A model generated the notes under the pieces. It was given only the letters and a program-made list of their open reading frames with translations. It was not told the origin of the DNA and ran no database searches. A DNA stretch of 24,000 nucleotides from positions 26,640 to 50,639 of the forward strand of contig JAZRSM010000015.1 in NCBI GenBank assembly GCA_045651545.1, in the 5' to 3' direction. Shown one piece after another: positions 16,625 through 24,000 of the stretch (its first letter is position 1; the number at the start of each line of letters is the position of its first letter). Both the position numbers and the translations under genes were made by a program. Origin of the DNA: Candidatus Nanosyncoccus sp. GTDB taxonomy: Bacteria > Patescibacteriota > Saccharimonadia > Saccharimonadales > Saccharimonadaceae.

Positions 16625-17104
16625 ATGGAAGAAAATATGGCAGAGCAGACACCGCAACCAGAAGAAATAATGGCCGCAGAAGGCTCTGCTTTTGATAGCA
16701 AACTAACCGAAAGCACTGTAAAAAATACAACAGATGACAGAGAGGAAAAGAAAAAGATGGCTCAAGAGGCAGGCAATAACAACCCTACTGGTATCAACCA
16801 ATACACCCCCTCTGAGAAATGGTATGGCGCATCTTATCACGACACCAAAGTAGCCATCAAAGCTTATCTTGACTTCAACCCAGACGAGCACATCGAGTTC
16901 ATTGAGAGCTTGGTGAAGGATGCGATCAAAGGTGATCCGACAGCCAGGAAGCTTGTCGTCCAGCTCACTGGCGGTTTCGATCCGTCAGAAACCAAAGTTA
17001 CTGGCGAAGTGATGCAGATAGCAGAAAACCCTCTCAACCAGCTTTCTATCGAAGAGCTGCGCACGCTCAAAGCACTAAAAAAGGAGTCCAGCGATGGAAA
17101 ATAA
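16625..17104 (+). CDS. Hypothetical phage protein, possibly the small terminase subunit (by position)
   Basis: It lies upstream of the large terminase in the same operon. The GNNNPTGINQY segment resembles the GN.N..G motifs I recall in some small terminases. The tracked ATG at 16604 sits in the terminator hairpin loop, so ATG 16625 or 16637 is more plausible. Confidence 0.35.
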   Translation: MEENMAEQTPQPEEIMAAEGSAFDSKLTESTVKNTTDDREEKKKMAQEAGNNNPTGINQYTPSEKWYGASYHDTKVAIKAYLDFNPDEHIEFIESLVKDAIKGDPTARKLVVQLTGGFDPSETKVTGEVMQIAENPLNQLSIEELRTLKALKKESSDGK

Positions 17105-17210
17105 GAAGAAACGAACACTCAAGCCTCAGACCTTACTGGAAACTGGCCGCTGGAAAATCTCTGCCGAAGCCAAAGCTTTACTTGAGAAAATGAAGGGGGT
17201 GAAGAAATGA
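17094..17210 (+). CDS. Small basic ORF (38 aa), coupled on both sides
   Basis: ATG 17094 overlaps the end of the previous ORF. Its TGA overlaps the next ATG (ATGA at 17207-17210). Sequence is MENKKKRTLKPQTLLETGRWKISAEAKALLEKMKGVKK. It is below the ORF-track length cutoff. Confidence 0.35.
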   Translation: MENKKKRTLKPQTLLETGRWKISAEAKALLEKMKGVKK

Positions 17211-18703
17211 TCAGTGTCATCATCCCAGTCTATAACGAGGAGCCCTTCCTCGAACGATGCCTAGATAGCCTGGCCAAGCAGACGGACAAGTCGGCGCAAG
17301 TCATTATCGTGGATGATGGCTCAACCGATGGCTCGCCTAAAATCTGCGACCGCTACGGCAAGGAATATGGCTTTGAAGTTTATCACCTGGAAAACAATGG
17401 TGTCTCGGCCGCGCGCAACTTTGGGATGGAAAAGGTCAAGGGCGAATACCTTACCTTCTTAGATGCTGATGATGCCTACTCTTTGAACGCTATCGAAGTG
17501 ATGAATGGCTTGGCGAAGCGTGGCGACAATGTGATACAGTTCGGCCAATACCGCCACACCAAAACGCAAGAAGAGCCTATTCTGCGCGCCTGGCCAAAGG
17601 GCGACTATGACCTAGACCACTTACGGCGCTACTGGCAGATGGTATGGAACAAAATCTACAAGACGGAGTTCATCAAGAAAAACGACTTCAAGTTTATTCA
17701 AGGGATGCAGTTCGGCGAAGATGAGATGTTCAATGTGAATGTCCTACTGAAAAGCGGCGGACTTTATCATACATCGGACTTGCTCATCCACCACTACTTT
17801 GACAACACTAACTCTTTATGTCGTGGTGGGTTATGCTTGGCGCGGCTCGAACGGATGGACGATGAAGAGAACAGACTACTCAGACGGCTCAAACTAGGCG
17901 ATGCGCCTATTGCTCAACGGCGCTGGCTGAAGCGTGTCATCACTCGGCATCGCCACAGTAAGGTGTTCCAGGACTACGGCTTTACGCGTGGAACTACTGC
18001 GCACAATGACATCGTTTATTTTGTGAAGAATGAGTCTGAAAACGAAGAGCTCCGTTACTCTCTGCGCTCTGTCGAAAAGTTCTTCCCCCATCGGAATGTG
18101 TGGTTCTATGGCGGCAAGCCTGATGGTCTCAACCCAGACCGCTATGTGAAAGTCGAACAAACCGAAGACACCAAGTGGGAGCGTGTCCGCTCGATGCTGC
18201 GGCAAGCCTGCCTGAACGATGAAATCTCGGAAGACTTCTGGCTATTCAACGATGACTTCTTCATTATGAAACCCTATGCGGAGAATACTCCACCGACCTA
18301 CAATGGCGACCTATACCGCCATATTGTCCGTGTGGAAGAGCGCCACAACCAGCAAGCAACGACTTGGACGGCACGGCTCCGACACCTCGTGAACACGCTT
18401 GAAACCGCTAATAAAGGCACTTTGAACTACGCAGTCCACAAACCTATACTCATCAACCGCAAAAAAGCTCTGGAAGTCCTGGACAAGTTCCCAGACGAAC
18501 CGATGTTCCGTGCGTTATACGGTAACTACTGGGAAATCGGCGGCACAAACCAGGGCGATCGCAAGTGCCAGGTGATGGACTTCCCAGTTGAGACGCTAAA
18601 GAAATGGGCGACTATTTCGTCCGATGATAAGAGCTTCGCAGGCGGCACGGTTGGCGAATACATCCGTGGTCAATTCCCACAGAGAAGCAGGTTCGAGGAG
18701 TAG
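17207..18703 (+). CDS. Two-domain glycosyltransferase: N-terminal GT2 fused to a C-terminal Stealth-like (hexose-1-phosphoryltransferase family) domain
   Basis: GT2: IIPVYNEEPFLERCLDSL..QT...VIIVDDGSTDGS and DADD. C-terminal half: DIVYFV, ELRYSLRSVEKFFP, FWLFNDDFFIMKP and HKP resemble Stealth conserved regions CR1-CR3 from memory. Confidence 0.65.
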   Translation: MISVIIPVYNEEPFLERCLDSLAKQTDKSAQVIIVDDGSTDGSPKICDRYGKEYGFEVYHLENNGVSAARNFGMEKVKGEYLTFLDADDAYSLNAIEVMNGLAKRGDNVIQFGQYRHTKTQEEPILRAWPKGDYDLDHLRRYWQMVWNKIYKTEFIKKNDFKFIQGMQFGEDEMFNVNVLLKSGGLYHTSDLLIHHYFDNTNSLCRGGLCLARLERMDDEENRLLRRLKLGDAPIAQRRWLKRVITRHRHSKVFQDYGFTRGTTAHNDIVYFVKNESENEELRYSLRSVEKFFPHRNVWFYGGKPDGLNPDRYVKVEQTEDTKWERVRSMLRQACLNDEISEDFWLFNDDFFIMKPYAENTPPTYNGDLYRHIVRVEERHNQQATTWTARLRHLVNTLETANKGTLNYAVHKPILINRKKALEVLDKFPDEPMFRALYGNYWEIGGTNQGDRKCQVMDFPVETLKKWATISSDDKSFAGGTVGEYIRGQFPQRSRFEE

Positions 18704-18705
18704 CT

Positions 18706-20166
18706 ATGGACGAGCACGATAGAAACATTATGCAGCGTTTCAATGAGCAGTTCACTAACCGCGACATTGACCTAGCGATGGCGCACAACAACCTTTGGCA
18801 CTTCTGCAACATTCTCTTCCCCAACTTCTTCAAGGATGACCGCGAGTATCTGACTGATATGTGCGACCGCATCGAAAACTTCGTGGAGAACTCCGACAAA
18901 CACTTCCTAGTCATCAACGCACCACCGCGCCACGGCAAATCACTCACGGCGCAGTGCCTTACTGCTTGGCTCTTTGGCCGCAACCCAGCCTGCCGAGTGA
19001 TGACCGCATCGTATAACGAGGATGTAGCTGGCATCTTCTCACGAAATGTGCGGAACACTATTCAGACCGAGAAGCTGGGCGATGCTATCGTCTTTTCGGA
19101 CATCTTCCCCAGGACTAAAGTGAAGCACGGCGAAGCGGCGGCGAAACGCTGGACTTTGAAAGGACAAACACAAATCTCCTACCTTGCCACATCTCCTAAT
19201 GCTACCGCCACTGGCTTTGGCTGCGACTTTATGATCTGCGATGACCTTATCAAGAACGCAGAAGAAGCCTACAACGAAACAGAGTTGGACAAGACTTGGA
19301 GTTGGTTCACTAACACAATGCTCTCTCGCTTGGAGGGTAAGCGTAAGACCATCATCATTATGACTCGCTGGGCCGAGAATGATCTTGCTGGCCACATCAT
19401 AAGAGCCTTTGGCGAAGATGTAGAAATCATCACCTACAAAGCCCAAGACGAGAACGGCAAGATGCTCTGCGATGAAATACTTGATACCAAGTCTTTCGAG
19501 ATGGTGAAGCAGGAAATGAATGTCGATATTGCCGAAGCGAACTACAACCAGCAACCGATAGATGTCAAAGGTCGGCTCTATTCAGAGTTCAAGACCTGGG
19601 AGCAGCGACCGAATATGCCGATAATCTACGACTACACCGATACCGCCGACACTGGCGAGGACTACCTCGTTTCAGTGGTATATGGGGTGTATGAAAATGA
19701 GGCTTATGTCCTTGATCTCGTCTTTACAGACGAGCCGATGGAAACCACCGAGCCAGCGGTTGCGAAACTGCTGACGGACAACGGAGTCAACAAGGCGACC
19801 ATTGAGTCAAACAATGGCGGCCGTGGCTTCGCGAGAAATGTGGCTCGCTTGCTCTCTGAGATGGGCAACCACAAGACTCAGATGGCAGACCAGGCTCAGA
19901 CGAAGAACAAGGAAAGCCGTATTCTGGCCAGCTCGGCCTGGGTGCAGAACCACATCTATATGCCACTCAACTGGCGGACTAGATACCCAGAGTTCTATAA
20001 GCAGGTTATGAGTTACCAGAAAAAGGGCAAGAATGCCCACGATGATGCCGTAGATGTTTTGGCTGCTATCTATGAGGCAGTAGCCAACGCACCTAAAGCT
20101 AAAATCTACACCGATGCTGATCTCGGCCGCGCCGCAGCACATCGGCGAGCGCCGTTTATGAGATAA
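18706..20166 (+). CDS. terL: Terminase large subunit
   Basis: Walker A-like motif PPRHGKS, Walker B/coupling motif DFMICDDLIK, and a C-terminal RNase-H-like nuclease region with acidic residues (DTADTGEDY, HDDAVD). A GAGGAG SD is present. Confidence 0.9.
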   Translation: MDEHDRNIMQRFNEQFTNRDIDLAMAHNNLWHFCNILFPNFFKDDREYLTDMCDRIENFVENSDKHFLVINAPPRHGKSLTAQCLTAWLFGRNPACRVMTASYNEDVAGIFSRNVRNTIQTEKLGDAIVFSDIFPRTKVKHGEAAAKRWTLKGQTQISYLATSPNATATGFGCDFMICDDLIKNAEEAYNETELDKTWSWFTNTMLSRLEGKRKTIIIMTRWAENDLAGHIIRAFGEDVEIITYKAQDENGKMLCDEILDTKSFEMVKQEMNVDIAEANYNQQPIDVKGRLYSEFKTWEQRPNMPIIYDYTDTADTGEDYLVSVVYGVYENEAYVLDLVFTDEPMETTEPAVAKLLTDNGVNKATIESNNGGRGFARNVARLLSEMGNHKTQMADQAQTKNKESRILASSAWVQNHIYMPLNWRTRYPEFYKQVMSYQKKGKNAHDDAVDVLAAIYEAVANAPKAKIYTDADLGRAAAHRRAPFMR

Positions 20167-20179
20167 GGAGGAAAAATAT

Positions 20180-21556
20180 ATGGCCATCAATAAACGAATG
20201 TATGTCCTGCCGAAAGGCACTGAACCGACTGGTGAGGTAGTCCAAACCCTCATCAGTAGCGTGAAGCGCGCGGATGAACTTCGCCGCTACAACGAACTTG
20301 ACCGATACTACAACGCAGAAAAGGTCGTGGGCGAGGAGGGCTCAGAGCCTCTAGTGGCCGTTACTGCCTTTGCGCGTTATATCACAGGGCTCAATACTGG
20401 CTATCTGCTAGGCAACCCAGTAACTTACACCGTGAGTAAAGGTGTGAAGTTCGAGAAGATCCAGAATGAGTTCGATGACCAAATCATCAGCAATACCGAC
20501 ATCCGCATCGCCAACGATGCTTCCAAGTTCGGACACGGCTTCGAGCGTATCTATGTCAACGAAGACTCCAAGTGCCGCTCTGCCGTAGTTGATCCACGCA
20601 ACATCATCCTAGTTCGCGACAATACCGTAGAACACAAAAAGATGTTCGCTATCATCTATGTAAACTCCGTCAACGAGAAGGGCGAAGAAATAAAAGATGA
20701 ATACGAAGTAACCATCCTCACCCCAACGATGACAATGGAGCGCCACCTGAAAGGCACGGCTATGATAGGCGATGAAGGCACCGACCAGATCCACTTCTTC
20801 AATGAAGTGCCTATCGTGGAATACCCAAACGATGACGACATTCTCGGCGACTATGAGACGGTGATATCGAATATCGATGCTTACGACAAGCTCCAGACCG
20901 CTCGCGTGAATGACCGTATGAAGAACGCGAACTCCATCCTACTCGTTTCTGGTGGTGGTCTCGAAGAAAAGCAGGTCGAAGACATTATGAATGGTCGCAT
21001 CGCTGACCTTCCAGAAGGTGCCGAGATGAAATACATCACTAAGAGCACGAACGAAGAAGAAAGCGAGAAGCTCCGCGACTCCATCAAGGATGACATCCAT
21101 ATGATCTCAATGACTCCTGATGTTTCGGACAAGAACTTTGCAGGTAGCGCCTCTGGTGTTTCGCTACAATACAAACTCTTCACCTTTGAAAAACACGCGA
21201 AAGATAAGGAGCGCTGCTTTGAAGCTTCGCTTATGGAGCGTATTCACCTCTACAATGTTTACCTGATGAAAACCGCCAATATGCCAGCCATTGAAATCGG
21301 CGACATTGATGCGGTGTTCAAGCGTGCTCTACCGCAGAACGATGTCGAAACTGCGAATATGATCAACGCTCTCGATGGTATCGTTGACCGTGAAACTCTT
21401 GTCTCCCAGCTCTCCTTCGTGGTAGATGCCAAAGAGACTGTGGAGTTGGCCAACGCAGAAAAAGACAAGAAAGCCACTGACGATAACGGCAATTTTGGCA
21501 CAGACAAACCTTCTGAGCGCGATCTCGATGAGAGTGAAAGCCTAGAAGATATGTAG
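20180..21556 (+). CDS. Portal protein (SPP1 gp6-like)
   Basis: 458 aa, immediately after terL. The N-terminal L.RY..LDRYYN motif and the acidic C-terminus are typical of the SPP1-type portal family. Confidence 0.8.
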   Translation: MAINKRMYVLPKGTEPTGEVVQTLISSVKRADELRRYNELDRYYNAEKVVGEEGSEPLVAVTAFARYITGLNTGYLLGNPVTYTVSKGVKFEKIQNEFDDQIISNTDIRIANDASKFGHGFERIYVNEDSKCRSAVVDPRNIILVRDNTVEHKKMFAIIYVNSVNEKGEEIKDEYEVTILTPTMTMERHLKGTAMIGDEGTDQIHFFNEVPIVEYPNDDDILGDYETVISNIDAYDKLQTARVNDRMKNANSILLVSGGGLEEKQVEDIMNGRIADLPEGAEMKYITKSTNEEESEKLRDSIKDDIHMISMTPDVSDKNFAGSASGVSLQYKLFTFEKHAKDKERCFEASLMERIHLYNVYLMKTANMPAIEIGDIDAVFKRALPQNDVETANMINALDGIVDRETLVSQLSFVVDAKETVELANAEKDKKATDDNGNFGTDKPSERDLDESESLEDM

Positions 21557-21564
21557 GAGGCTAG

Positions 21565-23244
21565 ATGGTAAGCTCAAAAGACTACTGGGAAAAGCGAGCG
21601 ATAGAAAAACTCACTGAAGCAGAAATCAAGTCTGAGCCGTATCTCAAGCAAATCTACGGTATCTATACCAGTGCGCAGCGCCAAACTGTCAGCGAGATAC
21701 AACACCTCTATCGCACATACTACGCAGAAAATAAGTGGGACACCACAGCCCTCAACGCTATTGCACCGAGTGGCGACCTAGTGAAGTTCTACAACCAACT
21801 GCGAGCCGCAGGGCTAGACAAGCGACTCCCTGAGCGCTTCAACGGCCGTTTGAGCCGTCTTGAGCTTCTGAACGCTCAACTATGGCTCGAAGCCAAAAGA
21901 GTCGGTCTGAAGCAGAATGAAGTGGAAACAACGGCACATTCTAACACCATTAAGGATGCCTACTACCGCTCTATCTATGACTCGGCCAAGAAGCTCGGTG
22001 CAACGGAAGCCTTCTCTACCTTAGACGACAAGACCGTCAACAAAATACTCCGCACCAAGTTCGCTGGCGCTAACTACTCCGAACGCATCTGGGGTAACAC
22101 TGACAAGCTGGCGGACAGCCTACAAGCGGTCATCGGCAAGGCGGTTGCTCTCGGCCAAAGCCCTGAAGTAACGGCTCGAATGATACGCGAACGCTATGGG
22201 GTGAGCCAGCACGCAGCGATGCGCCTAGTCAGGACGGAAACCAGCTACTTTGAAAACCTCTCCACCGTTGAGGCTTATAAAGAGATGGGTATCGAAAAGT
22301 TCCAGTTCCTCGCTACGCTAGATATGCGCACATCGGACATCTGCCGCTCAATGGACAAGCGCATCTTCTCAATGAAGAGCGCAAAGGTCGGCGAGAATGT
22401 TCCGCCGCTCCATCCGTGGTGCCGTTCAACTATCACGCCATATCTTGGCAAAGACTACAAGATAAATGAGCGCGTGGCGCGAGATCCGTCCAACGACAAG
22501 AACTACTATGTCCAGGGCGATATGAACTACGGCTCCTGGCACAAGTCGCTCGTGGATCGCTTTGCAAACAAACTCAACCATCGCGTAACTATCACTGAAG
22601 TAAGCGATGCAGGTATGGTTGCTACGGACTTCGGAGTAACCTTTGATGCTTTTTCAATGCTTGATATAGACGATGTGCTAGTAGATGAGGTCGCAAAAAA
22701 CGCAGAAGCGTTGATGACTGCTCACCCAGAGCTTCAAGCGTGGGCGAAGAGTCAAGGCAAAGATGGCTTGATCATCAGCGGCGCGAAACCAAGCAAGATG
22801 GGCTATGGCACTATCGCCAGAACTCGTCAATGGCTTTCCAACCGCAAGTCGCCAGAAATCAACCTCAATACACGCTACTACAAGAGCGCCAAGAGGCTTA
22901 GCTCGGAGGTATTCAAGGGTGTCCGTTCCAAGCACTTTATGCCAGCCACGGACTACAAGAACTACACCTTCTACCACGAGTTCGGCCACTTCATCGAAAA
23001 TTATCTTCTACGCAAAGGCAACACGGATGCTGCCGCTCGGCGCATTATGCGTGATATAATTGACATAGCGGTGCGGCAAACAAAAACTGACCGAAACACG
23101 GTGCTGGCACAGGCTTCCAAGTATGCTCGCTCAAAGGCACACGGTCGCGAGTTCTTCGCGGAAGCCTTCGCCAACCTACAAAGCGGTCGGCCGAATGCCA
23201 TAGGCAAGGCGATGAAAACTTATCTTGAAAAGGAGTTGAAATGA
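21565..23244 (+). CDS. MuF/SPP1 gp7-like head morphogenesis protein fused to a C-terminal lethal-factor-like (ATLF-type) zinc metalloprotease domain
   Basis: The MuF domain ends with PPLHPWCRSTITPY (the family PPLHPNCRC motif). The C-terminal domain has HEFGH (22975-22989) and EFFAEAF (23149-23169) 54 residues later, comparable to anthrax lethal factor HEFGH...EFFAEAF. Confidence 0.8.
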   Translation: MVSSKDYWEKRAIEKLTEAEIKSEPYLKQIYGIYTSAQRQTVSEIQHLYRTYYAENKWDTTALNAIAPSGDLVKFYNQLRAAGLDKRLPERFNGRLSRLELLNAQLWLEAKRVGLKQNEVETTAHSNTIKDAYYRSIYDSAKKLGATEAFSTLDDKTVNKILRTKFAGANYSERIWGNTDKLADSLQAVIGKAVALGQSPEVTARMIRERYGVSQHAAMRLVRTETSYFENLSTVEAYKEMGIEKFQFLATLDMRTSDICRSMDKRIFSMKSAKVGENVPPLHPWCRSTITPYLGKDYKINERVARDPSNDKNYYVQGDMNYGSWHKSLVDRFANKLNHRVTITEVSDAGMVATDFGVTFDAFSMLDIDDVLVDEVAKNAEALMTAHPELQAWAKSQGKDGLIISGAKPSKMGYGTIARTRQWLSNRKSPEINLNTRYYKSAKRLSSEVFKGVRSKHFMPATDYKNYTFYHEFGHFIENYLLRKGNTDAAARRIMRDIIDIAVRQTKTDRNTVLAQASKYARSKAHGREFFAEAFANLQSGRPNAIGKAMKTYLEKELK

Positions 23245-23411
23245 AGACTGAGCCATACTTTCTAACAAACGAAGCCTGGTATCGCCTCAAAGAAGGTGGC
23301 TTTGGCTACGAACTCACCCCAGCAGGTCGGAAGATACCTGAAGTGGTGGCGAGCTACGAAGAGTTCTACTCCACTGAACGCGATGATGGCGATGAACTGG
23401 TAGATGCTTGA
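23241..23411 (+). CDS. Small acidic ORF (56 aa) translationally coupled to the MuF-protease gene; candidate immunity/inhibitor protein
   Basis: ATGA start/stop overlap at 23241-23244. Sequence is MKTEPYFLTNEAWYRLKEGGFGYELTPAGRKIPEVVASYEEFYSTERDDGDELVDA. It is below the ORF-track cutoff. Confidence 0.45.
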   Translation: MKTEPYFLTNEAWYRLKEGGFGYELTPAGRKIPEVVASYEEFYSTERDDGDELVDA

Positions 23412-23437
23412 GATATTTTGCTTGACAAGTATTTCTG

Positions 23438-23523
23438 TGTTATAATGTAAGTAGATCGACTGCGACTCTTACGAGTTCCAGTCGTCTTCTTTTTTAGAGC
23501 GGCTCTCGAAGGGCCGCCTTTTT
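23438..23523 (+). promoter_or_regulatory. Phage leader module C: extended -10 promoter + conserved 5' leader + two tandem terminator-like hairpins
   Basis: TGTTATAAT (23438-23446), a 6-nt spacer, then AGATCGACTGCGACT from 23453. Hairpin arms CGACTG (23457-62) and CAGTCG (23479-84) are followed by TCTTCTTTTTT. Then comes GCGGCTC-TCGAA-GGGCCGC-CTTTTT (23499-23523). Confidence 0.65.
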
Positions 23524-23571
23524 GTCGAAAGTATTACCAACCTCGCTGCGAAGCGTAAAATCGGAGGAACT

Positions 23572-24000
23572 ATGGCAGAAGATGTCAAAAACCAACCATC
23601 TGATGGTGAACAGAACCCTGGCACCAACCAAGACGATGTAAAAGATAAGGGTAGCAAGACTTTCACTCAGGAAGAGCTTGGCAAAAAGCTTTCAGAAGAG
23701 CGCAAAAGGGCGCGCGAGCAATATGAAAAAGATATTGATGAGCGCATCGCCAAAGAGCGCGAACGCTGGGAGAAAGAAGCCAAGATGACCGAAGAGCAGA
23801 AGGCTGCGGAAGCTCAGAAGGAGCAGAAAGAAGCTCTGGACAAGCGTGAACGAGAAATCACTCTCCGTGAACGCAAAGCCGAAGCCCATGAAGCTTTAGC
23901 TGAGAAACACATTCCAGCCAGTTTCGCTGACTACATTATCGATGCAGATGCTGACAAAATGTCGCAGAACATCGAGAAGTTGGAGAAGACTTGGGGAGAC
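23572..24000 (+). CDS. Phage scaffolding protein (coiled-coil, K/E-rich); 3' end cut by the window edge
   Basis: GGAGG SD 5 nt upstream of ATG 23572. The frame is open to base 24000. It has a charged helical repeat composition (EERKRAREQYEKDIDERIAKERERWEKEAK...) and sits before the expected capsid gene. It is absent from the ORF track because no stop codon lies in the window. Confidence 0.6.
   Translation, partial: MAEDVKNQPSDGEQNPGTNQDDVKDKGSKTFTQEELGKKLSEERKRAREQYEKDIDERIAKERERWEKEAKMTEEQKAAEAQKEQKEALDKREREITLRERKAEAHEALAEKHIPASFADYIIDADADKMSQNIEKLEKTWGD

Noticed and set aside
18612-20253. Three minus-strand ORFs (148, 171 and 148 aa) inside the terminase region
   Set aside because: They are antisense to terL, which has clear Walker motifs. 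Their compositions are Arg/Ser/Cys-rich, as is typical of antisense frames, and they would oppose the direction of the operon.
23422-23427. Consensus TTGACA upstream of the module C -10 box as a -35 element
   Set aside because: The spacing to TATAAT is only 13 nt, too short for a functional -35/-10 pair. The TGn extended -10 more plausibly carries promoter function, as in modules A and B, which lack any -35 match.

Overview
The window has two parts. Bases 1 to about 10,200 are ordinary bacterial housekeeping genes: a class A PBP, a YacL-like PIN/TRAM protein, a two-ORF phosphoketolase, an adenylate-kinase-like protein, CIRCE-controlled hrcA-grpE, lepA and tilS. These genes are mostly on the minus strand, and operon-first genes have TGnTATAAT boxes 6-11 nt from the ATG. 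Bases from about 10,200 to 24,000 are the left part of an integrated temperate phage that runs off the right edge. It encodes a tyrosine integrase, a small wHTH regulator, a fibre module, terminase, portal, a MuF head protein and a scaffold protein. The main finding is a complete diversity-generating retroelement (DGR) inside the fibre module. It consists of a target ORF with a 143-bp variable region (14542-14684), an Avd-like ORF, a template repeat (15213-15355) and a DGR-type reverse transcriptase. By my manual alignment, 22 of the 23 VR/TR mismatches fall on template adenines. Other findings are listed here.
- Three near-identical promoter + conserved 5' leader + intrinsic-terminator modules head the three rightward phage operons, which suggests antitermination control.
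- A GT2/Stealth-like glycosyltransferase fusion sits in the packaging module.
- The MuF protein carries a lethal-factor-like HEFGH metalloprotease domain and is followed by a tiny coupled ORF that may be an immunity gene.
- Twin palindromic operators lie upstream of the integrase gene.
The host may be a small-genome, CPR/Saccharibacteria-like bacterium, but that is only a guess from gene content. All calls come from reading the sequence and translations by eye. No searches were run.
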